From: Phoronis australis
Taxonomy: Eukaryota; Animalia; Phoronida
DNA length: 64,000 bases
Assembly: GCA_002633005.1 (NCBI GenBank)
Contig: NMRA01000214.1
Span: forward strand, 394,414 to 458,413
Direction of reading: 5' to 3'
Position numbers and translations under genes: made by a program. Shown here in pieces: positions 53,831 to 64,000 of this stretch (its first letter is position 1; each line of letters starts with the position of its first letter). The notes beneath the pieces are model-generated. The model saw only the letters and a program-made list of their open reading frames with translations, was not told where the DNA came from and did not search any database.

Positions 53831-54560
53831 TCTCCTCAACTTCAATTAGCATTAAAGGTGAGATAGCGTTGGTTGTGCCAAAATAAGTGTGATTTTATGG
53901 TGCAAGATGAACAAAAATGGAACTAAGTTAATTTTTTAATGGCGTAGATTTATTTTTTCACCATTCAAATTCAAAGTTTTGAAAATCTTACCCAACGTGC
54001 AAATTATTGCAAGACAGACTGTATTATTTATTTATACGGGTATGTTTTATTAGGGGATTACATGTTTTTCTGTAGATTTCTGATAATTACCTTAGGAAGT
54101 AAGCATCAAATAGTGAAGAGTGCAACCCTTGTTATTTTTTCAGCCTTGTAACTAAACAAGACAAGACGTTTGCGTAAATTACTTGTTTAGGAGCCCAGCA
54201 TCGGGCACGGGAACACAATCATTCGGCATGACTTGTGCTTGCATCAACTTTTATTTTATTACATTATACAGCATCCATGTGTCGAAAAATCACAAGTAAG
54301 AACCCAATTAGCTGACGCAAGCTCTCAAATCAGACGACAGATCTGCCCTCTTACCTTTGAGAAGGCTTCATTTCGGTGACGTCATATGTGGTTCGACCAT
54401 GGTGATCTCGGATGACGAGTCAGAATATCCTCGTTTTGTACATTAATGGCATGCTAATCATATTCTTAGAGGTTCAATAGTAAGCCTTCGTAAACGACTG
54501 TTTTTCTTTATTCACTGCTAAATTTTGAACTCAAAAGAAGTTTCATCACTGCAGAGTTAC

Positions 54561-54724
54561 CATGGGCGGATCCAGGATTTTGAGTTGGGGGAGGGGCAGG
54601 GCTGAGTATTAGCCAGGATTTTGCCGGTCAGACATTGGCACTCCCGAACTGTCCAATGGAATCTTGGAGAATTTTAAGGGGAGGGGAGCATGGCTCCCTT
54701 GACCCCCCTCTAAATCCGCTACTG
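54561..54724. mobile_element. hAT-like MITE in NR2E3 intron 1
   Basis: Ends CATGGGCGGATCCAGGATTTT ... CTAAATCCGCTACTG. GTTACCA(T/C) occurs at both ends (possible 8-bp TSD). G-rich interior. Confidence 0.65.
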
Positions 54725-55290
54725 GTTACCACTAAAATAGGAACATTTCGTGAATAAGAGTCCTGCACACATTTACGTTTTTTTGCTAGCAACCTACTAA
54801 AAGAAAGTTCAATATCGTGGCGGCCAAATTGTGGATGCACAATCATAAATTTAAAAAATAATTTGAAAATTCTGTATTCAATTCTGGTTACTTTGAGAGC
54901 ACTTGATTTCACGTTGCAAGAGCACCATTTGAAAGTCAGTTTAAAATAAACCTATTTGCGGGCAAAACTATTTTTATGAAATTTTCAGCTGAGAAGAAGA
55001 GATGACTAATACAACATAGTTCGTCTACCTTTTAGCCGGGAGTTCTATCTGTCCTCTTATCAAAATTCTTCAACTGAACGCGGTATTAAATCAGTCATTT
55101 CGACGAAAATAACAAAAGTATAGTCCATAAAACTACAGCGCGGCCAACATTGTGTGGTTCTAAGAATGACAACTGAGTCGGAAAATTCCATGTTTTCGGC
55201 AGATCATGTGTAGGATACGCGAGGCTTACAGAAAGAATAAAGTCACGTTTTAAATGATCCTTTAAGACTAACGTGTAACTATTGTTTCAG

Positions 55291-55597
55291 ATTCTCCACA
55301 GAACTCGCCACTATCATGTGTACCCTCACCGTCGCCCCCTGCTTCCCAACACGTCGCCGTGACGTCTAGTGGCGGTCACGTTCCCGCGTGCATCACTTCG
55401 GTCAGTGCACTGGCAGGGTTGCCTGGGGTAACGCCAGCACAGATACCGCATGCGCTCGGCCCCATCAAGCGGAACAGCCCCGGACTGTTATGTGTCGTTT
55501 GTGGAGACATGTCCAGTGGGAAGCATTACGGAATCCTCGCCTGCAATGGCTGCAGTGGATTCTTCAAGCGTAGCGTCAGGCGAAAACTCATATACAG
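55291..55597 (+). CDS. NR2E3: NR2E3/PNR exon: Ser/Pro-rich A/B region and first zinc finger
   Basis: Acceptor attgtttcAG|, donor AG|GTTTGT (phase 2). Encodes ...[41 protein letters not shown]. The NGCSG P-box is diagnostic of NR2E3/PNR/HR51 (TLX/NR2E1 has DGCSG). Confidence 0.96.
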
Positions 55598-57659
55598 GTT
55601 TGTCGGCTCTTGGATTTGTACGACTTTACGCCCATGGCATAAAAGTGTTCAAAATGACCAAGTTTCATAATGAAACAACCAAACTTTTCATGACTTCTAG
55701 AATTTTTGTTAATGTATTACCCAAAACGTTGGATTCTACGTTCATGGAGTTAATTGAAATCTCCAATGTGAGGTTGTATATGACGTCAAAAGCAGTCAAC
55801 TTCGAAATCAAGTTAAGGTTTGACAAAGTTTGCCAAAATGTACTACATTGACTAACTTACAAAACTTTTGAAAGCGACTACTTTACTTCAAACAAAAAAA
55901 TTCAATTTGAAAATGTCAATTTGATTTGAGTTTTTGTTATTTTTGCATTTTTAAACGCGCGCGACATCAAATTTTGAAATAGACAAACTCAAGAGTAAAC
56001 ATTAGGTATGACTTTATTCAGACGTCGATTTTGAATTTTTGAAAGAAGAAAAGAAACTCCTTGTCTTAGACTTCCCCAACAACATAATCGCTATCTAGTG
56101 AAAAGCAACTGGGTGATATTGAAATTGACGCGCTTTTGAGAAGGTCAAATGAAATTACGAATTTTTATAAGACGTGGTTTGAGTTAAAATAGGTCAACAA
56201 ACGAAGTCGGCGACCTATTAAATTTTGTTCTTGTTTCTTAGAAAACACGATGGTCATCAAAATAAATTTAAACATAAAAGAGAAAGCTAAGGGTAAACTT
56301 TATGTGTGAAGCCAAAACGATAAAAATTGAGTTTTCAAATTCCAGAAAAAAACGTTTACTTACGTGAAATATAATAAAAGTTGTAAAACGAAACCAACCC
56401 GTTTCCAAAAGAGTTTCATTTACAAGTTTAAGTAAAGGTGGCTTTTCAGTAACCGATTGAAATTTCACAGTGTAACAGGCAAAGACCAAAATCTAAAATA
56501 TCAAAATTTATAAACAATCAACGATAAATTCAAACTGTGTTGCAGACAGTCTATCTCGGCGAAGCGCAAAAAGTCCAAGTACTCTATTGGTCGGACTACA
56601 GGGAACGGTTTGAAGAAACCCGCGCTAAGGTCAAAATTTGATTCCCATGCAAGCAAGATCCCCGTAAGGCATTTTCAAATCTCAAAGGAATTGTTCTCCT
56701 TTTCACTGTGGGAATTTCTGTAGTCGCCACAGATGATAAAAGATTGGAAAAAGATACTATCTAAACTCTTTTAATCACTACGCCTACTGTATATTATTTC
56801 ACTTCACAAATTGAAATTCCAGTTTGCCTTTAAATTGAGTCTTTAGCACAGTGGCGTTTGTAGAGATTTTACGTTTTAGGCACCAAACCTTCCTAGTACT
56901 ATTTACATTACTTCGAAACTTTAATGAAATATATGAAGGAAAAATGTTATTACAAAATATAATTAAAACAAAAATGGTCTTTTCGAATAGTAGATCATTT
57001 ATCGTCAAAATGTTTCTTTGGATAATGGGAAGGTTTCGGAAATGACCTAAACGTGATTCGTCACACATATTTGAAGTCACGTGTCGTTACGGTTACAAAA
57101 TGGGTTTCGGCCCAACTAAAAATTAACGTCAACGTAAAATTAAAGATCCATGCGAATTTCACTGCTCTCGCTGAACGTTAGTCAAAGTGTTCCGTTCTCT
57201 TAGTACATGGCAGATTTTATGCGCGAGTTTGCAAAAAAATGAAAAGTCAACTTGATAAGGCAACGTAGTTACTATTGGTATACGAAATTTATTTGTGGTT
57301 CAAAATGAGCAAGTGTATGAAACTTCAGAACTTATAACAGTGAACCATCTACGTCAACAATCAGTTGTTGTTGGAATCATCAAGAGAACGCAGAATATTC
57401 AACACTTTCTATTAAACGTGTTTGCTTGCAATTTTAAAGATCCCCTTTCTTTTACATTCACCAATTTATAACACAGAAAGAGTTTCGTCAGTCGAAAGAT
57501 ATTACTGATGTTTCGTAAGTTTCAACCCTGATTGTGTTTTCCTTATTTTATCATAACTTTCTTATTTTTTAATTCGGTGGGATTTCCACGGAAATCTCAT
57601 TACACATTGCGACATTTGAATGAGTACCCATAATGCATGAATCAGCTGTGACTCAATAC

Positions 57660-57860
57660 GGCGGCCATTTTAGGTGGTGGTGCACCACCAAAATAAAAAT
57701 TAAACTACACGTGTCACATTAAATTCAGTTAAGTTTGAAAATATTTGGAGTTGCTGTGTTCAATGAGCGTTACTTGGGATTAAGTTTCGACTGAACTAAT
57801 TTGCGTTAAAAACCGTTTTATGAAGTTTTTAACTTAAATGTAGCGGAGAGAGTATCATTA
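57660..57860 (+). repeat. Dispersed repeat family E, copy 2
   Basis: Collinear with 52468-52655. Confidence 0.6.
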
Positions 57861-58493
57861 AACAGAAGCATTGAAGAAAAATTGCTTGATCTGACAAGTA
57901 AAATAGATTTTTTCGATATCTTGACAACTATGCTAAATAGAGGGGCGATACTTTTATGCTTTTCAATTCTTTTAACTAAACTACACAACTTTCTTTCCAC
58001 GCACAGTATTGTGGAACGCACGAACAGTAACGGGGTAATGTCACAGCCAACAATGTCATATAAGTGTATGACGCGATATTAAAGATGCTTGACGAATCAT
58101 GTTCAAGACTTTTCGAAACCTCCCTTGTATCTGTCTTGTTATTGCGCTTAAATGCAAGAAAAACACAGGGGCTGAATCCGACATTTTATTTTGAATCTGA
58201 CTTACAAATAAGTCTACGAAAAAATGTTGGTTGCACAGCGTTCGCAACTTTATCAATGCACATTGGACACTTTCCATTTTCTACAATCTCTAATCAGAAG
58301 TTTTCAAATCCAATGCATGTTCAATGAAGGTTGAACTACGACTTTTACCAATTAAGATCTTTTAGCTACTTAAATACGACTTTTCTTTATTTTTATTAAT
58401 TAAAATCACAATCATTTTATTAAACGCAATCTTTACGCGGTTAGCTACACAGGATAATTCTGAGTTTACAATAACTCTTATTTTAACATCCAG

Positions 58494-58597
58494 ATGCCAA
58501 GCAGGTACGGGTTTATGCAACGTGGACAAAGCACACCGGAATCAGTGTCAAGCCTGTAGACTGAAGAAATGCATTCAGATGGGTATGAATAAGGATG
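58494..58597 (+). CDS. NR2E3: NR2E3/PNR exon: second zinc finger (104 nt), not in the ORF track
   Basis: Acceptor ttttaacatccAG|, donor G|GTAAGT. Encodes (R)[34 protein letters not shown](A), in frame with the previous exon. Boundaries and 104-nt length match exon 3 of vertebrate NR2E3 as I recall it. Confidence 0.97.
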
Positions 58598-58925
58598 GTA
58601 AGTGTTGAAGCGAGCTTAAATAAGAAAGAAAGGTATTGTGCCTCGAGTAAATGAACAGTTAAGTATTGAGTCACGCGTGAATAAGGATCTAAGTGTTGAG
58701 CCGCTCGCAAATAAGGATGAAGTTTTGAGTCGCGGTGAGTAAGGATCTAAGTTTTGAGCCGCTCACAAATATGGACAACGGTTTGAGTCGCGCGTGAGTA
58801 ACGATCTAAATGTTGAGCCGCTATCAAATAAGGACAAATTTTCGAGCAGCGCAAGAATACGGAAAATGTGTTTTGCTTCGCGTTAACAAGGATACAGTAA
58901 GCATTGAGCCGCGAGAGGTAAGGGC
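58585..58925 (+). repeat. Degenerate 28-31-bp minisatellite, block 1 (~11 units), beginning inside the NR2E3 exon
   Basis: Units such as GTGAATAAGGATCTAAGTGTTGAGCCGCTC, GCAAATAAGGATGAAGTTTTGAGTCGCG and GTGAGTAAGGATCTAAGTTTTGAGCCGCTC. The first unit is ATGAATAAGGATG|GTAAGTGTTGAAGCGAGC. Confidence 0.88.
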
Positions 58926-60110
58926 GGAGAGTGCTGTGGTGTACTTGAATAAGCCGGGTCTAAATTAGCAAACCTCTGTTTACCATCTGGAAAGTTAACC
59001 AGTGAAGATGGGTTGCTTAACACTACCAAATATTGGTGATGTTTGGTTATGCACATTTTTGAAAACAAGTATAACGGAGCTTGGTGAAGCTTGATGACAA
59101 TAACCAAACTGCAAACAATAGAAATCAAGTGATTATCAGTGTTCAAAAAGTATCCTCGAAGACAAAATCGTTGCATAAGGCATCGGAAGGCATTATGTAA
59201 TTCACTGGAGTACCTGGAGTGTCTAAGAAGTGCCAGCCACAATTTCTGACAGTCGTGGTAAATCTAAAAAGGCATACCGGAGTCTATACCCTGGTTGGAA
59301 ACAATGCAAGTACACAAAAACTAAAACTAAAACTGCATTTTACCCTCTTTGGCTATTTAAAAACAAAAAGCGGATTAGGTCTTTCACATTCAGAAAATCA
59401 GCCTCGTGGTATTCCTTACCGTGACGGGATTATATTTTTGAACACCAAAACCATTACCGACTCGAGAAAACGCTTCAGATATTGGAGTTAGCCACCCTTA
59501 AAATTACGGTTTAAAAATGCTAGCTCATTCGACAGCAATTTAAGATATATTTCAGTTTAGAATTTAACATTGGCAGCTAAACAGCAACGAAATGCACCTT
59601 TAAAAACAAATCATATCGATGAAATGCCAAGTTGAATTGACAATGTTTTTGTGCCAGGACTTTCATCAGCAGCTTAGTGAAACTTCGCATCTTGTCCATC
59701 CCCAGAAGTTTTTTGAAACTTTGCTGATCATCAATATTCAAATATTGAATGAGGCAATGGAATGATCCATGTTCGATGCATTTTTATCAATGTATTAGAC
59801 GACATTCAACATTCCACTTTGATTAGAGGAAAACAGCTCCTTTCAGGAACAGCCAGCCAATGATGAGCACAGACGCCCCTATTAAACTTTTTTTTATCTG
59901 TTCTCGGTTACACTAAACAATATTGACTTCTCAAAAATACATCTACGAATTTTCAAAATAATTGCACAGTCTACCAAGCCCAAATTTACACTTCGGGGGA
60001 GTTTGCTAAAGTAGACTAGCTCTCAAAACTCACCAAAATATCAGCAAATCCCAGGTTTGGTAGAAATTTAACAGTGTAGACCGTACAAAAAGCGGGAGGT
60101 GGGTGTGGAG

Positions 60111-60415
60111 TCGCGTGAGAATAATGAATTTTTGCCCCCAGACGTGAATTAGGAAGAAGTCTTAAGTCGCACGTGAATAAGGAAGAATTTTCGAGCAGAA
60201 CGTGAATAAGGAAGGCGTTTTGAGCCGCACGAATAAGGAAGCACTTTTAAGCTGCACGTGAATAAGGAAGAATTTTTGAGCCGCACGTGAATCAGGAAGA
60301 AGTTTTGAGCCACACGAGCTGCGCGTGAATAAAGAAAAATATTTGAGGCATATTAGAATAAGGTCAGAAAATGTTGAGCCGCGCGCAAATTAGGAAAAAA
60401 TGTTCTGAACTGCTC
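60111..60415 (+). repeat. 29-bp minisatellite, block 2 (~10 units), same family as block 1
   Basis: Consensus GTGAATAAGGAAGAATTTTTGAGCCGCAC, e.g. 60173-60201, 60202-60230, 60258-60286, 60287-60315. Confidence 0.9.
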
Positions 60416-61880
60416 GTTCACCGATAGCTCGTCATAAAATTAAATTTTATTTTGTTATCGTAGCGTCGAGTGTCATGCAACAACCAAATCGAAAACTTAT
60501 TTCTTTCTATTACTTCTTTCACATTTATTTATTCAAAAAGATTAGGCTTTCACACATGTATAAAGACTCAAATACAGTTTTGAAAAAATGAAATAATGTA
60601 CAAACAAAAACTACCACACTTCTGGTAATAAAACATAGATTAATTTTCAAATTACATAAAAATCGTTGATGGATATTTTGTAAAAGTCACTTATCTACCG
60701 AACACATGCTAATGACTGCGCCCTTTTCAAATTTGCTATTCCAGTGGCAGTGCGCTTAAAACATATATTCCTCATGCTGGAAATTGTCGTGACGGAAAGC
60801 TATTTTGAATGTCTTTAATTCACAGTTTACAGTAGCATGACTAGATTTTAAGACACTGTGCATTGCTTAAAACAAAACGGGCATTACTTTTCACTATACC
60901 CAAGTTCTCTCAAAATACCGGTTTTACTTGGATTTCGTTCGCCACAGGAATCATTTCAAAAATTAATTAAAGTAGTAAGAAAAGGAAATCAGGTCTGACA
61001 GTTTCCAGTTGCCTATCGGTTTTATTCAGGATTTGAGGCGGCAGGTGAATAGATGTTAAACAGTTCCCGCATAAATGCACAACACACGTGTTATTAATTA
61101 ATACTTATTTATCAGTCATATTTTAGATGTGAGCGTCCTGTTCTGTCCAAGACCTGTTTTCTTTGTAATTGAAAAGGATGTTCAATATAAGCATATACGC
61201 TCAAATGAACACCAATTCTCTCCGCTTGCGTATTTGTTCTCACTGACCGTTGTGAGTTCCGAAATAAAACCAAATTCCGCCACTAAAGTATTGTTTCTAT
61301 TATGGATGACTTCACAAATGAATTGTGTTAATTTACGATGAAACGTTTAACCCATCTGCTACAAACATTGCTTGTGTCATCGCATGTTTGCCTTTTGGTT
61401 GAACAGGAAGTGCTCAGGTTAAATAGCATCTACGATTAAACAATATTTCCGTTCGAATACACCCCATCCTGACGACAGCTATCCTTCCCACTCGACTCTT
61501 CCTCTTTTGGTACGCCAGCTTTCCTTAGATGTACTAGAAGTCCAAACAAAGCAGTAATTCGCACACGAAGTGTTTTTTTACATTCCTGTACAAACATACG
61601 TTATTTATGAGTCTTGTCGTCTGAATTAATGAAACGTTCAATTTTGGAGAAGAATCATCCTTAAAATATATATGGACGCAGACGACACCTGACATTTCGT
61701 CACCAGTATTGACTATTGAAGGAGATGTTTTCGGTGCCGCTCAAAAAGTTTCGCGACTGACGTCATACACGACTTTCGCATATTTTAGTAAGGAAAGATC
61801 GGATGAAAATGTTCGTAACAAACTCAAGAGCTACAGCGCGTAGGCCCTACACCGCTAAAAAAGATTCCCTTAATGTTTTA

Positions 61881-61940
61881 CCCAGTTGCGACAATGCATT
61901 CCCAATTGTGACAATACATTCTCAATTGTGACGATATGTT
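61881..61940. repeat. 20-bp minisatellite, 3 units
   Basis: CCCAGTTGCGACAATGCATT / CCCAATTGTGACAATACATT / CTCAATTGTGACGATATGTT. Confidence 0.85.
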
Positions 61941-63031
61941 CTGTGGGTATTGTCAAATTCTTCAAGGCGTTGGCTTTAGAAATGCAGACACTTCAAAAAG
62001 AAACTGGATTATGCAAAAGCAGAAATTTATCAAGGTAAAACTATTGCTTTGTATTTCAATTCACCCATCATACTTATACTTGCCAAACGTTGCGAACATT
62101 CATGGCTGGTAGCCATCTTTAATTAATTGGATCGTAATTAGATCTCGCTGAATGATTCCTCACATCAACTTGATTATCAACTATCCAGGGACTGTTAACT
62201 CATTCTGTTTGCTCCTAGTGTTTTTCTAACAAGACATTCGTTCTGAAAATCTAATTTCTGGGCCGATATTTGACGTGCTCAGAGAGCGAATTGCCAGTCG
62301 TGTGAACTGTAGCGTGCTCTTATTGTCTGCTTAAATCAAGTGACCAAAGTCCTCCACTGGACAACTGGTAGCACAGGGGAATCACTTAACTTGTAAAATG
62401 ACGCTGGCCAAGGGCGATGCCTATGTTCCATTCACTATCGGATTAAAAGCTAAACCTTGCTTTGGAGCATCGCGGAAAATCCCTGTGGGAACTGTTCACA
62501 AGTTGTGGCAACCGGGGGCCAAAAGCTACAGCGTGGGGCCTCGTACGAAATTGGTGCCCCGTCTCGTCAAAAGTTCTGTACACCCGGTAAAGTGGGAGTG
62601 GCGGGGGCCTTTCGAAAATTTCGACAAAAGTGGTGAATTCTAAAATTTTAATCACTAGTCCCCAGAGTTGTTATAGCTTGGAAACAACGAAAAATCGTAA
62701 TCCAACAATGGGTTCCATTTACATTTACCGGCTTCATCTTTATTACGACAAAATCGGATTTTTCCGGAATCAACACTGTAAATGATTATAGCAGGAACAG
62801 CGAAACGCAAGAAGCTTGGCATGGCGCATTTGTTTCAAAAAGACCATAGTCCTTACGAAAATTTAAGCTTATGCATAAATCAAGTCTTTTATTGTACATT
62901 TTCTACAATGCTTTGAGCAACGTGAAAAGAAATCTACGTTGACACTCTCACCGATCGAGATTGGCAACTCAACCGGTTCGCGTACCTTGAAATTTGCCGG
63001 CATGGATCAAAGGTACTAAGTTGTTGTAGTT

Positions 63032-63115
63032 AACATAATTGGACCAATTACCAAACCACAAGGCGGAGTTAGATTTTGAGGTAAGCCACGTGTCATTTTA
63101 CAATTCTTGGCACGA
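63032..63115 (+). repeat. Dispersed repeat family C, copy 2
   Basis: Matches 11974-12058 and keeps CpGs that copy 1 has lost. Confidence 0.8.
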
Positions 63116-64000
63116 GCTACGACGTGGAAATTAAAGTTCCCATAAAAACGGTGAAACGCATGGGCATTATCTTTCACCTGGAAGTTGTAAACTTTACAGA
63201 GTACACAGATATACATATACATATACAATTTGACTTTTCATTGTCAGTTTCCCCAAAACGCGTTTCAAACATTAGTCCTTCAAATTTGAACCCTTTACCA
63301 GTGCTTTGTTCTCGGTCACACAGATAAAACATTAATATCCTCAGGCCTAATTTTTCAGTTTCACTGCATGTATTGAAAAAGTTAGGCCAACTGTTTAAAG
63401 CACTAATGTCATGTGATTTCCTGTCAAAGGTGTTCTTTAATTGCGGATGACCAATTCTGCATTAGTAATTTGGCCAGTGATTTACAAAGCGAAGTCTCTT
63501 GCGTGATGTTTTACAGCACCACGAACTCTATGCTTAAACCTGAGCAGGTTATTCATTTTACTTTGCACATGGCGTGCTTAAAGCGTCTGGATCAACAGAA
63601 CTAAAACCCTGATCATCCTCCATTTTAAAAGTCGTGTGAGTGGCCATATATGACAGGTTCGGACTCGTCTTTTAAAGGAATTTAGTGCACTTGGAACAAC
63701 TTGGGTAGCCTCAAAATATTTCACTAGGGAATGTTTCCTGTCAGCGGATGTGCGAACTTCAATTATAACACTAGTAAAAGGATTTAGTCGAGAAACTGTT
63801 AAAAATCACGGTGTCAGCAGATCTCGAACGTCGTGCGAGACGTCATCCTCAATCGTTAGTCTTTCTCCTAAACAACTGACTAATTGTTTAAGGCTGTCAG
63901 CTATCACAGGACTATCCCGCCTCGTTCAACGGCACAATACATTTCTAGATTCCTATGGCTTGCTGTTATGAGTGAAAATATCACATGTTCATATTCATGT

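Noticed and set aside
55388-55851. Alternative-frame ORFs over the NR2E3 exon, and the ORF tail [12 protein letters not shown]...
   Set aside because: Shadow frames. The true frame leaves the exon at the GT at 55598 and continues at 58494.
58585-60415. CRISPR-like appearance of the ~30-bp repeats
   Set aside because: Units are adjacent and degenerate with no unique spacers, no cas genes, and a eukaryotic intronic context.
62398-62655. GC-rich ORFs that could be the next NR2E3 exon
   Set aside because: No AVQNERQPR T-box sequence in the listed translations; GGGGCC repeats suggest a MITE interior.

Overview
AT-rich, intron-dominated animal DNA, not prokaryotic. It looks like a marine invertebrate; a hemichordate or other ambulacrarian is a guess from repeat style only. 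The one firmly identifiable gene is the 5' half of the photoreceptor-type nuclear receptor NR2E3 (PNR/HR51) on the + strand. Two DNA-binding-domain exons (55291-55597, 58494-58597) have canonical splice sites, and a probable first coding exon lies at 42877-42916. The hinge and ligand-binding exons were not found and presumably lie beyond the window. Positions ~1-37.5 kb are visibly CpG-poor and appear to be the long intron(s) of an unidentified, divergently transcribed minus-strand gene with a candidate first exon at ~38.4-38.6 kb. The DNA from ~38 kb onward is CpG-rich, which suggests a mosaic-methylation boundary. The rest is SINEs, MITEs, a 450-bp foldback element, satellites and candidate cis-elements. 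The most unusual structure is a 29-31-bp minisatellite whose first unit is the 3' end of the second NR2E3 zinc-finger exon plus its splice donor, amplified into two intronic arrays. Almost all listed ORFs are spurious. All motif, TE-class and splicing calls were made by eye and need computational or experimental confirmation.
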